Translations under genes and position numbers: made by a program | Assembly: GCA_016198685.1 (NCBI GenBank) | Contig: JACQID010000008.1 | Location: forward strand, 64,001 to 128,000 | From: Candidatus Aenigmatarchaeota archaeon | GTDB lineage: Archaea; Aenigmatarchaeota; Aenigmatarchaeia; GW2011-AR5 | Length of the DNA stretch: 64,000 nucleotides | Reading direction: 5' to 3' | The notes under the pieces: generated by a model | Seen by the model: the letters and a program-made list of their open reading frames with translations, nothing else | Told to the model about the DNA's origin: nothing | The model's database searches: none | Shown here: positions 27,748-36,860 of the stretch, in pieces | Layout: each line of letters opens with the position of its first letter | How positions within the stretch are numbered: the stretch's first letter is position 1

Positions 27748-28608
27748 TTAAACGCCCATGGCGAGCCTGAAGAAATTTCTCAGTCCCGGACCCAGACCGA
27801 GGACAAGCACTATGAGCTTGAAGAGAGTTCTCTTGTTATTGTCGGCCACTTCCTTGTCTATATAATACAGGGCGGCAGGCACGACAGCGAGCTTAAGCAT
27901 GAACATGGATGCAGGGCCGAATATGGAAATGACAAAGCGCGGCAGGAAATGCTGCTCAAAGTAATCGTAGAACTGCAGGGCCGTGAATGTCGTGGAAGCG
28001 TCAAAAAGATGGGCAGATATTATCGCTGCGTTCTCCTTGGTCAGGAATTTCAATTGTGCATATTTGGGCGCAAGATACTTGTGTGTGCCGAACACTAGAA
28101 CTGCAAAGAGTGCTGCAACGGACAGCATCATGCCAACAGCGAATAAATCCTTGATATTAGGTATTAACACAGAGAGCAAAGCAAGAATAAAAACGGCTCC
28201 GATGGAAAACATGATTTTGTCATACGGGACTCGGGAAGGCTTGGAAAGAACGATGGATATTGCCAGAGCTGTGCTTGCAATAAGGAACATCGTGACATAT
28301 ATGACCGGGGACACCAAGAGCATGTTTCTTGGTCCTTCTGACGTCATGACCGTGAAAAGGCCCAAGGACATATTTTGTGATTCCAGAAGATCCTCGAAGG
28401 CCCTTAACATGGCCCCTGCGAATATATACGGCACAAGAGCAGTGAGAAGCCTCTGGTCCATGGAGATTCCACGCGATTTCAAAAGATGATAGATGCCTAT
28501 GGCCGCTGCTATGAGCATTATCCCGTAGGTTGCGGTATTCACAGGATTGTAGCCGGTATTGTAAATCACCGGATCAATGTACCATTTCTGGAAGAATTCG
28601 GAGAGCAT
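27748..28608 (-). CDS. DUF63 family membrane protein (candidate archaeal lipoprotein lipid ligase)
   Basis: GYNPVNTATY, GAMLRAFED, SPVIY, AHLFDASTTF, EQHFL, LGLGPGLRN motifs typical of DUF63/COG1967. Confidence 0.85.
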   Translation of the reverse strand: MLSEFFQKWYIDPVIYNTGYNPVNTATYGIMLIAAAIGIYHLLKSRGISMDQRLLTALVPYIFAGAMLRAFEDLLESQNMSLGLFTVMTSEGPRNMLLVSPVIYVTMFLIASTALAISIVLSKPSRVPYDKIMFSIGAVFILALLSVLIPNIKDLFAVGMMLSVAALFAVLVFGTHKYLAPKYAQLKFLTKENAAIISAHLFDASTTFTALQFYDYFEQHFLPRFVISIFGPASMFMLKLAVVPAALYYIDKEVADNNKRTLFKLIVLVLGLGPGLRNFFRLAMGV

Positions 28609-28641
28609 AAGGTTTTTTATGCAGGGAAGATAAATAAGCCT

Positions 28642-29649
28642 ATGCTTAAAACGGGGGCATTTCTATTGCTTGTTATTCTTGCCGCCGGTTGCACGGGCCT
28701 AGGGCAGGATTTCGGCAACAACGAAATCAAGGTCAACAAGCCTGTTACAGAGGGTTCAAGCAACATAGCAGTGATCAGGGATATCAATACGATACCCACA
28801 TCTCCCGTGCTTCCAAGCGATCAAGTTGATGTTTCTTTCATAGTGGAAAATACTGACTCCCAGGAAAGTCTCAAAGGCATGACAGTGGAACTCTATGATG
28901 CTGCGAGCTTCTATAATGGGGATCCTGATGATGCGTATACAGGGCTTTGCAATATTCATGACATCTTATGCCTGCCTGAAGGCGCGTTCTGCAATGCAGA
29001 AAAATGCGAATTGAGCAATCTTGCCCCGGGAGGCCAGAAGCTCATAAATTACAAGCTTCTGGCACCGTCCGAAAGTTCGATATTGGGCCTTTCAACGGAC
29101 ATGGAACTTCGCTTTGCAGTCGAGCATGAGTTCACGGCAAAGACGACTTACAGGCCTGTCGTAGTCAATGCGGACGAGATCAAGGCGCTGCAAAGAGCAG
29201 GGCAACAAGTTTCCATTGAAGCGCCTACAAGCATCGGAAGCGGCCCTGTCAAGCTGGACGTTTCACTCAAGAACAGGGATTTCATATTGAACAGGAACAG
29301 AGCTACTTTTGAAGTGCAAGCAAGGCATGTCGGAACCGGCAGGCTTTCTGGCAATGCCATAGAGGCAGGGAAGCTGGAAGCAAGGTTCATAGGATTTACG
29401 TGCGATGAATTTGAAGAGCCGGTAGGCATCGCATTCAGAGCCAGTGCAGAAGAGAATGCCTGCAAATTCACAAATACTGAAAATATAGAGTTCTTCAGGC
29501 AGGGCTTGTCTGTGCCCATGCTGTTTGTCATGAAAGGCGTTGACATCGGGACGGTTCCGCAGAGATCATACGAGGTTGCTGCGACTGCAGATTATGCATA
29601 CAGGCTCACGGGCGTGGTGCCGATAACCGTGAAGCCCGCCGAGATATAG
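28642..29649 (+). CDS. Lipoprotein, array paralog 2
   Basis: MLKTGAFLLLVILAAG-C lipobox; SFIVEN, GPVKLDV, ADYAYRLTGVVPITV. Confidence 0.8.
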   Translation: MLKTGAFLLLVILAAGCTGLGQDFGNNEIKVNKPVTEGSSNIAVIRDINTIPTSPVLPSDQVDVSFIVENTDSQESLKGMTVELYDAASFYNGDPDDAYTGLCNIHDILCLPEGAFCNAEKCELSNLAPGGQKLINYKLLAPSESSILGLSTDMELRFAVEHEFTAKTTYRPVVVNADEIKALQRAGQQVSIEAPTSIGSGPVKLDVSLKNRDFILNRNRATFEVQARHVGTGRLSGNAIEAGKLEARFIGFTCDEFEEPVGIAFRASAEENACKFTNTENIEFFRQGLSVPMLFVMKGVDIGTVPQRSYEVAATADYAYRLTGVVPITVKPAEI

Positions 29650-29657
29650 GTGAATCG

Positions 29658-30797
29658 ATGAAGTATCTTGTCGCTGCAATACTATTTTTATGCGGCTGCG
29701 TTTCTGTCACATCGCCGCAATCAGTGAACATGCTTTCCATAGACATAGCGCCGTCCGATGTCTTTGCAGGTGGCACGGCGACTGCAACACTTGAATTCCG
29801 CAATCCGGGAGGGACTGATATACGAAATGTAAAGATGTCGATTTTCAACGCTGGCGCGCTTACGCCGCAGGAATGCGATTTTGGGACGGGTCAGGCGCTC
29901 CAAGACTTTTCGCCTCAGGGCACGCTTTCGGTTTCACGCAATCCGGACAGAGGAACCGTGATTCTCGCGGCAACAGGACGCGATGACAAGGGCGTAAGCA
30001 GGGTTGGCGTCAATTTTGATGATAGCTGGCATTATTGCTATTGCGACAGTTCAGGTTCTCCTGCATGTAGGGTCTCAAGCGGAAAAAGCTGTAGCAACGA
30101 ATGGGAAATATCGGCAAGAGACGACGCTATTTATTATATCAGCGTGCTTGACAAGATAGGGCAGAGCAGCGATGCCAGCCACCCGATAACAGAAGGTACA
30201 AGCGTCACGCCATCCGGAACTCAGGATATCATCATAGACAATGTTGAGGCTGGCTCTTTCGCCATAAGGACATGCTCGCTAAAGGCGCCTGAGAAAATAG
30301 AAAACGATGTGATAAGCACGACGGTTGAAGGCAATGCCAAATTTTCCAGCACACTCTCGGGTAGCCAGGCAGTCTCGATCATCAGCGAAGAGGAATACCG
30401 GATAAGGCAAGCCAAAGATGAAGTGATTCAGTCCGCCCCTGTGCTTACGGCATCAGACGGCCGTCTTCAGCTAATGGTTAGCTTCAGCGAGGCGATGCCC
30501 GTCATAGCACGCCCGGGCAAGAAAGCTTACATATATATTGATATTTCTAATGTAGGAGGGGGCAGGATTCCGTCATTAGAAAAAGGAAGCATAACGTTGC
30601 AGGAATCCGGAGAACAGATAGTAGACAAAAGTTGCCTGGATCAGAAGTTCTACATACAAGGCGCAACATTTCCGAAGATAGCGTGCGAAATCAATTTGCC
30701 CGATAATATAAACTATTTAGAAGCCCACTCCATAATACTAAGCATAGATTACGATTATGAAATTCGTGCGTCAAAAGATGTGCAAGTAAGAAGGTGA
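29658..30797 (+). CDS. Lipoprotein, array paralog 3, with inserted Ig-like domain
   Basis: MKYLVAAILFLCG-C; LEFRNPGG, ISNVGGG, IDYDYEIRASKDVQV; GGTGA SD upstream. Confidence 0.8.
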   Translation: MKYLVAAILFLCGCVSVTSPQSVNMLSIDIAPSDVFAGGTATATLEFRNPGGTDIRNVKMSIFNAGALTPQECDFGTGQALQDFSPQGTLSVSRNPDRGTVILAATGRDDKGVSRVGVNFDDSWHYCYCDSSGSPACRVSSGKSCSNEWEISARDDAIYYISVLDKIGQSSDASHPITEGTSVTPSGTQDIIIDNVEAGSFAIRTCSLKAPEKIENDVISTTVEGNAKFSSTLSGSQAVSIISEEEYRIRQAKDEVIQSAPVLTASDGRLQLMVSFSEAMPVIARPGKKAYIYIDISNVGGGRIPSLEKGSITLQESGEQIVDKSCLDQKFYIQGATFPKIACEINLPDNINYLEAHSIILSIDYDYEIRASKDVQVRR

Positions 30798-30801
30798 ATA
30801 T

Positions 30802-31797
30802 ATGTCTGCGATCAGGAGTCTATGTTTCATTATCATGGTTATTCTTGCGGCAGGATGCACGGCAAGTGCGCGTCCTGTTACAGTCTCTGCCAGCGACGGC
30901 CTCCAGATAAATGATTTTTCTGCCGATACGACAGATGTATTTTCGAATGAGGCCGTGAGGCTCAATCTGGAAGTCGAGAATATAGGCGGGACAACGGCGC
31001 AGAATATCAATGCCGTGCTGTTCGGAAGCGTAAGATCGTGGGAAAATGTGCCTTCAGGAGCGCAGAAGCTTGCAGATGCCATGACGCCGCCTCTTCTAGG
31101 ATCAGGCTCGCCGGGCGACATGAGCAAGCGCATATGGACCATGACCGCTCCTTACCTGCCTCAAGGCCTTTCGCAGGACTATCCTATCGGCGTGAGGGTA
31201 GGATATGACTATACTACTACATCAATAACGTCATTTGATGTCATAAATTATGACCAGTTTGATCTTCTAAGAAAGAAGGGCGAATTCGCCCAGATGGACA
31301 GCGTATCAGGCAACTCAAATGCTCCGGTGAAGGTGCAACTCACCGCTTCTTCGCCGATGAGGCCGCGCATCAGGTGCGCTGAAGATGCCTTGAATTGCAT
31401 ATCAGAAACAGTGACGCTTACATTGTCAAACGTTGGCTCCGGCGTGCCATTCAAGAAAGGCTCTAATCTTGAGGATCCCGTATCCGATGATATAGGCGTC
31501 GTGATGCTGGGAATAAGGTCAAGCGGAGGCCATCTGGAATGCGATACAGGCGTGAAGCGTGAGGATTCGGAGGAGACGACTAAAATCACGTCTTCAGGGC
31601 TGGATGTCATGCCTGAGAAAAAAGAACTCAAGCTCACAAGAGGCTTCGGCTCAGTGAGAATACCATGCACATTTCTGATGAAAGGCAGCGAGGTAACATC
31701 AGGAGTGCCCAAAGATACTATCACTGTTGAGATAGTTGCGGATTACTCTTATGCGATAGACAAGACGTTGAACGTAAAAGTCACGAGCAACGAGTAG
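30802..31797 (+). CDS. Lipoprotein, array paralog 4
   Basis: ILAAG-C lipobox; LEVENIGG, VGYDYTTTS, LSNVGSG, ADYSYAIDKTLNVKV; GGTGA SD upstream. Confidence 0.85.
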   Translation: MSAIRSLCFIIMVILAAGCTASARPVTVSASDGLQINDFSADTTDVFSNEAVRLNLEVENIGGTTAQNINAVLFGSVRSWENVPSGAQKLADAMTPPLLGSGSPGDMSKRIWTMTAPYLPQGLSQDYPIGVRVGYDYTTTSITSFDVINYDQFDLLRKKGEFAQMDSVSGNSNAPVKVQLTASSPMRPRIRCAEDALNCISETVTLTLSNVGSGVPFKKGSNLEDPVSDDIGVVMLGIRSSGGHLECDTGVKREDSEETTKITSSGLDVMPEKKELKLTRGFGSVRIPCTFLMKGSEVTSGVPKDTITVEIVADYSYAIDKTLNVKVTSNE

Positions 31798-31833
31798 ATC
31801 TGGGAACCTATATATACAACTTCCATACAAATC

Positions 31834-32808
31834 TTGAAAATGCACAAACCATTTGCTTTCTTTTTGTTTGCAATCCTGGTATTGGGATGCGTTTCTTCGC
31901 AGGAATCTTCCGGAGGCTACTTGACATGGTCCAATGCAGATTATGGAGTGTCGATGCAATATCCTGCCGACTGGACCGCAAATGAAGATTCTCAATCTGT
32001 AATAGTTGCTTTTTCGTCCCCCCTTGAAGGAAACGATGATGCGTTCGCCGAGAGCGTTAACATAGTCATGAATGATCTTTCCGGGCAGGAAATAACAATG
32101 GAGGATTACACGGAACTCACACTCCAAGCTCTTGGCGAAACATTCCCTGAAGCCATGATCACAGAGGCGTCAGATACCACGCTTGGAGGCTATCCTGCAA
32201 GAATGGTCGTGTACGATTTCAACGGCCAGTACGGAAAACTGCAGGCACTGCAGATATGGACAATCAAGGATGAAATCTCTTATGTTGTTACATATACCGC
32301 CCTGGAGGAGAACTTTGATGAGTACAGGCCTGCATCAGAAAAGATGATAGACTCCCTGATCATATCGCCGATACCGTCAAGAATTGCGGCAGAAACAAAA
32401 GAAACTTTGACGCCAGTTCAAGATTCAAACGAAGACACGGCAGGAGCCGCGGGAAAATGGAGGGCGTACTCAGAAGCTATCTATTATGACAATGGAGGAT
32501 CGAACTATCTGAACAGGGCAACGACAAGACAGTTGATACTTGACACTGATGGAACATGGGAATTTGGGGCATCGAAAGGAAAGTGGAAGATAGAGGCGAT
32601 AACAGACAGCGACTGGGAAAAATGGGAAACGTCTTCATATGGCCCGACAAGAAAAATTGTGCTTGATGGATGGAACGATTCTATCGGCGACGGTCCGATA
32701 GAGGAGTCTGAAAGTAGAATAGATTTTCTTTGGTTAATTTATAGGGAAGAACCACCCACAGTGAGTCCGCCCGGCCAGATACAGATAAAGTTCGGACACA
32801 GCAACTGA
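31834..32808 (+). CDS. Lipoprotein with PsbP-like domain and a second C-terminal domain
   Basis: ILVLG-C lipobox; YSNxxYGxSxQYPADW-like start, TTLGGYPA, YVVTYTA...F..Y....EKMIDS. Confidence 0.75.
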   Translation: MKMHKPFAFFLFAILVLGCVSSQESSGGYLTWSNADYGVSMQYPADWTANEDSQSVIVAFSSPLEGNDDAFAESVNIVMNDLSGQEITMEDYTELTLQALGETFPEAMITEASDTTLGGYPARMVVYDFNGQYGKLQALQIWTIKDEISYVVTYTALEENFDEYRPASEKMIDSLIISPIPSRIAAETKETLTPVQDSNEDTAGAAGKWRAYSEAIYYDNGGSNYLNRATTRQLILDTDGTWEFGASKGKWKIEAITDSDWEKWETSSYGPTRKIVLDGWNDSIGDGPIEESESRIDFLWLIYREEPPTVSPPGQIQIKFGHSN

Positions 32809-32818
32809 TTAAAGCTAT

Positions 32819-32836
32819 TTAAGCCGGCCGGCTTAA
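32819..32836. promoter_or_regulatory. Perfect 18-nt palindrome overlapping a TATA-like box
   Basis: TTAAGCCGGCCGGCTTAA, 30 nt upstream of ATG 32867. Confidence 0.5.
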
Positions 32837-32866
32837 TAAGTAATAATATTTACGTTGGGTGTATAG

Positions 32867-34345
32867 ATGAAAAACTTGTCTGTCATTGCTGTTCTTGGTA
32901 TTGTCCTTCTTGTAGCAGGCTGCACAGGCACGTCCCGTCCTGTCACGGTTGACGCTAATGAAGGGCTCCAGATAAAAGAGTTCTTGCCTGATCGTTCAGA
33001 CATATTTTCGAGTGAAACAATTATACTTGACATGGAGGTTGAGAATGTTGGCGGCACGGCAGCAGAGAATGTCGTAGCAAAGCTCTTTGGTGGGATTTCC
33101 GGCTGGACAGGCGATGCCGCAGCTGAAAAGACAATGGGAAGAGGATCTAGCAATGCATTATCCGCGCCTTCGGCAGACAGAAATATTCCGGGTGACTTCA
33201 ATAGAAAATCATGGAATGTCAAAGCTCCTGACCTTGCCCAAGGTCTGATACAGACGTATGATCTTGGCATGAGGGTAAGATATGATTATACTACTACATC
33301 AATAACGTCGATTGACATAATAAGTTATGATCAATTCGACCTTTTGAGAAGGCAAGGCAGCTTTGTCCAGGATTTGACAGTGACAAAGAATTCATATGCT
33401 CCAATAAAAATAGCTCTTGAAGGTCGTGCGCCTATGAGGCCCGATTCTCCAGGCGGCGGCGTAGAAGAATCTCTTATTCTTACGATATCAAACGTTGGCT
33501 CTGGCGTGCCATTTAGGGACACCGGGAGTGCCAATGATTTCCCGACGCAGACTTCTCTTGGAAGAATTACATTTCTTATAGAAACAAGCAAAGGCAATGA
33601 TGTATTGAGATGCGATACAGGCGATGGAAGTCTTGTCAATACCGGTACGGTGACATTAAGGCGCGGCGTTGAAGAAGTAAGAATACCTTGCATCTTGAAA
33701 ATAGATGCGACTAAGATAAGCGCAGGCGTTCCAAAAGAAACCATGAGCGCTACGATAACTGCAGGATATTCTTATGCAATAGACGGTGTGGTACCAGTAA
33801 AAGTAACCTCTATGCGGGACACAGTCGCGGGGTTGCCGTCCACCCCTCCTGCTGGGGCGACCACAACAGTGCCAGGAAGTGCAACAACTACGACTATAGC
33901 TTCGCCAAGTGAATTACGATTCTATATAGCGGCTCGATATTTTGATGATAGTAGTAATAATGGGATATGGGGGAGCGGAGAAGCGCTACTCAATGGACTT
34001 GATAATGTTCAATTAAGGCCGCCTACGTGTGCCGTAAACACTGATAGTATAAGGTTCTCTTCAACAAATACAGACATAACAGGAAATACAGAAAATATAC
34101 TTTACAATCTTGAGCACCCGACCAAAAATCCTGCCAGTACTTGCGGATCGGATGTGACATATGAAATGAAGATAACGCTTAGAAGCGGATACGAAGTAGG
34201 AAATATAAATACTCCCGGAGGTCTTGGCGACCAATGCAAGACAGGAAGAAAGAATGACTGTGTGATACAGATTCAGGTATCGAAATTGGATGCTCAAGAA
34301 GGTAAGGTGTACAGAATAGAGATTCCAGTTAGAAGAACAAGCTAG
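32867..34345 (+). CDS. Lipoprotein, array paralog 5, with P/T linker and extra C-terminal domain
   Basis: LLVAG-C lipobox; close to paralog 4 (VRYDYTTTS, ISNVGSG, AGYSYAIDGVVPVKV); PSTPPAGATTT linker; YFDDSSNNGIWGSGE motif. Confidence 0.85.
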   Translation: MKNLSVIAVLGIVLLVAGCTGTSRPVTVDANEGLQIKEFLPDRSDIFSSETIILDMEVENVGGTAAENVVAKLFGGISGWTGDAAAEKTMGRGSSNALSAPSADRNIPGDFNRKSWNVKAPDLAQGLIQTYDLGMRVRYDYTTTSITSIDIISYDQFDLLRRQGSFVQDLTVTKNSYAPIKIALEGRAPMRPDSPGGGVEESLILTISNVGSGVPFRDTGSANDFPTQTSLGRITFLIETSKGNDVLRCDTGDGSLVNTGTVTLRRGVEEVRIPCILKIDATKISAGVPKETMSATITAGYSYAIDGVVPVKVTSMRDTVAGLPSTPPAGATTTVPGSATTTTIASPSELRFYIAARYFDDSSNNGIWGSGEALLNGLDNVQLRPPTCAVNTDSIRFSSTNTDITGNTENILYNLEHPTKNPASTCGSDVTYEMKITLRSGYEVGNINTPGGLGDQCKTGRKNDCVIQIQVSKLDAQEGKVYRIEIPVRRTS

Positions 34346-34353
34346 TGGGATAA

Positions 34354-35583
34354 TTAAAGGAATTTCTTCAATCCCTTATTCGTTTCTTCTTCGATGACGG
34401 GCTTTCCATAAACGCCGTCATATCCGGGAGTTACTTTTATCCTGCCTTCTCGGTTTTTCAGTATGAGATTTGCAAGTTTTTCGTTTGTAACTTTGTGCAG
34501 TTGTTCCTTGGCTACATTAAGCAGAATATTCATTTCACTGCCGAATTTGGTTATCAGAAGCTCATATAGCGCTTGAACCTTCTTGCTGAGGGGAGCCTGC
34601 CCTACCGAAAGGCCGATAACCTCTGTCAGTGGTAGCAGGCTCTTGTAACCCACAGCTCCACTAGGCACGTATTTTTCCGGTCTGGCCGGGTCTGCCAATT
34701 GTTCTACTCGGTTTAATACGCCTATAGTCAGGGGCTTTCCGCATTTTGGACATATGCCGTTGTGCTTCTTGCTCTCTTTTGGATGCATGGAAATACCGCA
34801 TGTTCTATGCCCGTCATAATGATATTTGCCATAATCTGGCGAAACCTCTATTGTAGAAAGAAGACCCTCCCTTGTTCTTATGGCGTTTAGCAGATGTCTA
34901 TAATCGGTTTTTTTGAGATCAAATGCATTTGCTTCGCGTCCGAGCCTGTAAGGATGCGGCGAATGCGAGTCGCTATTTGAAAGAAGTGTGATTTTGTCAA
35001 GAAATGCACAGCGCCAATTCATGGGGGGGTCACTGGAAAGTCCGGTTTCTATTGCATGTATGTATTTTGTCTTCTCTTTGAAGCAGGTTTCCAAAGAATC
35101 AAAGCCGCTCATGGAGCCAAGGATGCCGAACCATGGTGTCCATGCATGGGCAGGTATTACTTCTATATACTTTGATATTGACATCAACTTTTCAACCAAT
35201 TCTATTGACGAGAAACCGAATATCGGCCTGCCGTCATAATCGAGACGGCCGCGTGAAGCAAGGAATTCGTTTATCTGCGCTACGACCTCAAAATCAGGTG
35301 CAAGAAGCATATGATGTATTCTTCTGCCTTTGCCGTCCTGCGTGTATATAAGTGATATCTCATTGGTGAGCACAAATTTCATTCCATTATGTTCATACAT
35401 GCCGCCTGAGGAGTTGTCAAGCCTTGATTTGAGTTCCTTGAACCATAAAGGATGGGAAAAGTCGCCTGTCCCAATGATATTAAGCCCTTTTTCCTGCCCT
35501 TTCTGCGCAAGAACATCCAGAGTCATGTTTTTGGAAACTGCGCGAGAATAAGGGGAATGTATGTGCAAATCTGCAAATTCCAT
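34354..35583 (-). CDS. Endonuclease Q / PHP-domain protein (TIGR00375-like)
   Basis: ADLHIHSPYSRA, IGTGDF, IPAHAWTPW, IETGLSSD, SNSDSHS, GKYHYDGHR, CPKCGK. Confidence 0.9.
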   Translation of the reverse strand: MEFADLHIHSPYSRAVSKNMTLDVLAQKGQEKGLNIIGTGDFSHPLWFKELKSRLDNSSGGMYEHNGMKFVLTNEISLIYTQDGKGRRIHHMLLAPDFEVVAQINEFLASRGRLDYDGRPIFGFSSIELVEKLMSISKYIEVIPAHAWTPWFGILGSMSGFDSLETCFKEKTKYIHAIETGLSSDPPMNWRCAFLDKITLLSNSDSHSPHPYRLGREANAFDLKKTDYRHLLNAIRTREGLLSTIEVSPDYGKYHYDGHRTCGISMHPKESKKHNGICPKCGKPLTIGVLNRVEQLADPARPEKYVPSGAVGYKSLLPLTEVIGLSVGQAPLSKKVQALYELLITKFGSEMNILLNVAKEQLHKVTNEKLANLILKNREGRIKVTPGYDGVYGKPVIEEETNKGLKKFL

Positions 35584-35631
35584 AATGGCTTTCCCTTTGA
35601 AATTTTAAATGCGTGTGATTCATTTAATGGT

Positions 35632-36171
35632 ATGCTTATTGGTCGCAGTGATATCCTTTCCTATGTTGCGAAAGGTCTTTTGGTTCAAGACATGCTGGAT
35701 CAGGAAAAACAGGTTCAGTCTTGTGGCGCGGATTTGACCGTAGGCAAAGTCTTTATACTTGAAGGGAAAGGAGTGCTTGACTTTACCAACGAAAAGCGGA
35801 AGTTGCCGGAATACAAGGAATTGCCCTCTGTTAACGGCGTGTGGAATCTTTCACCGGGCATGTATCATTTTGCCATGAACGAAAAAATCGTGCTTCCTAA
35901 AAACGTAGCCGGCCTTCTGCTTCCACGTTCTTCTGCGCTGACGTGCGGCGTTGAAGTCCATACCGCAGTGTGGGATCCGGGATATGAGGGCAGAAGTTTT
36001 ATACATGTCAGCCTTGTTCGCGAAGTCGAGATACACAAGAACGCTAAAGTTGCGCAGATGATATTCTTTGATCTTGGAAAAGAAACTGCCGCGTACAGCG
36101 GCATATACAAAAACGAAGACATAATAAAATTCGCCAAACGAGGCGGACAGGAAGGCCAGGGTTATCAGTGA
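35632..36171 (+). CDS. dut: Trimeric dUTPase (dCTP deaminase/dUTPase superfamily)
   Basis: GADLTV, LLLPRSS, VWDPGYEG, VAQMIF; no Glu at the deaminase catalytic position after DPGYEG. Confidence 0.75.
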   Translation: MLIGRSDILSYVAKGLLVQDMLDQEKQVQSCGADLTVGKVFILEGKGVLDFTNEKRKLPEYKELPSVNGVWNLSPGMYHFAMNEKIVLPKNVAGLLLPRSSALTCGVEVHTAVWDPGYEGRSFIHVSLVREVEIHKNAKVAQMIFFDLGKETAAYSGIYKNEDIIKFAKRGGQEGQGYQ

Positions 36172-36506
36172 AGGACATGATAAGGATTCAATCAGGAAAA
36201 GAAATTTTCACTGTCAAAGATTGCCGTTCTTTATTGAGTGCAATGCACGGCCTCATGTTTGACTCCCTTAATCATGACGGAGCTCTAATCTTAGGCGGCA
36301 GCATATGGATGCCTTTTGTCAAAAAGCCTCTCCATCTTGTTTTTCTTAGCAAGGAATTAACTGTAACCTCAGTTCAATATGCCGTTCCAATAACATTGAA
36401 TCCAACCACATGGAAGACCTATTCTGACAAGAATGCAAAATATTGTCTTGAGCTTGCAAGAAAGCCAAAATTGGCACAGGGAATGCGGATTAAAATATTA
36501 CCATAG
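36168..36506 (+). CDS. DUF192-like protein
   Basis: GLMF...IWMPFVKKPLHLVFL...CLEL pattern. Confidence 0.6.
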   Translation: MKDMIRIQSGKEIFTVKDCRSLLSAMHGLMFDSLNHDGALILGGSIWMPFVKKPLHLVFLSKELTVTSVQYAVPITLNPTTWKTYSDKNAKYCLELARKPKLAQGMRIKILP

Positions 36507-36601
36507 AAGTCATATACTATGTTCAGTTAACAAGCCAATTTTGCGCTGAAGATAGATATAGCATATTCGTAATATTTCAACCCACAAAATGCTATATTGA
36601 C

Positions 36602-36674
36602 GGGCCCGTGGTCTAGCGGCTATGACGCATCCTTGACGTGGATGAAGCCAGCGGTTCAAATCCGCTCGGGCCCA
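36602..36674 (+). tRNA. tRNA-Val(GAC), intronless
   Basis: GGGCCCG/CGGGCCC, CATCC-TTGACGT-GGATG, AGCGG-TTCAAAT-CCGCT. Confidence 0.97.
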
Positions 36675-36860
36675 TATAAAAATTCTTCTCATTGCTTCAG
36701 GAATACTTTTCTAATACTGACATTTCACAAGTTATTTTAGGTGCTGCTAAAGTATTTTGTGGAGTTCCAGCTATATTGGTTAGAAAGTATGTCCCTAGGC
36801 TTAGGAACGTTATCATAGAATTTCTCTACACATTGTCCTGCATGTGCGCAACAGAAACAA

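Noticed and set aside
28486-28641. N-terminal extension of the 28486..29649 ORF
   Set aside because: Overlaps the start of DUF63 on the other strand; the lipobox signal peptide and TATA spacing point to ATG 28642
30802-34345. Diversity-generating retroelement template/variable repeat pair
   Set aside because: Differences between the similar segments are mostly synonymous and not adenine-specific, and no reverse transcriptase is present; ordinary paralogy
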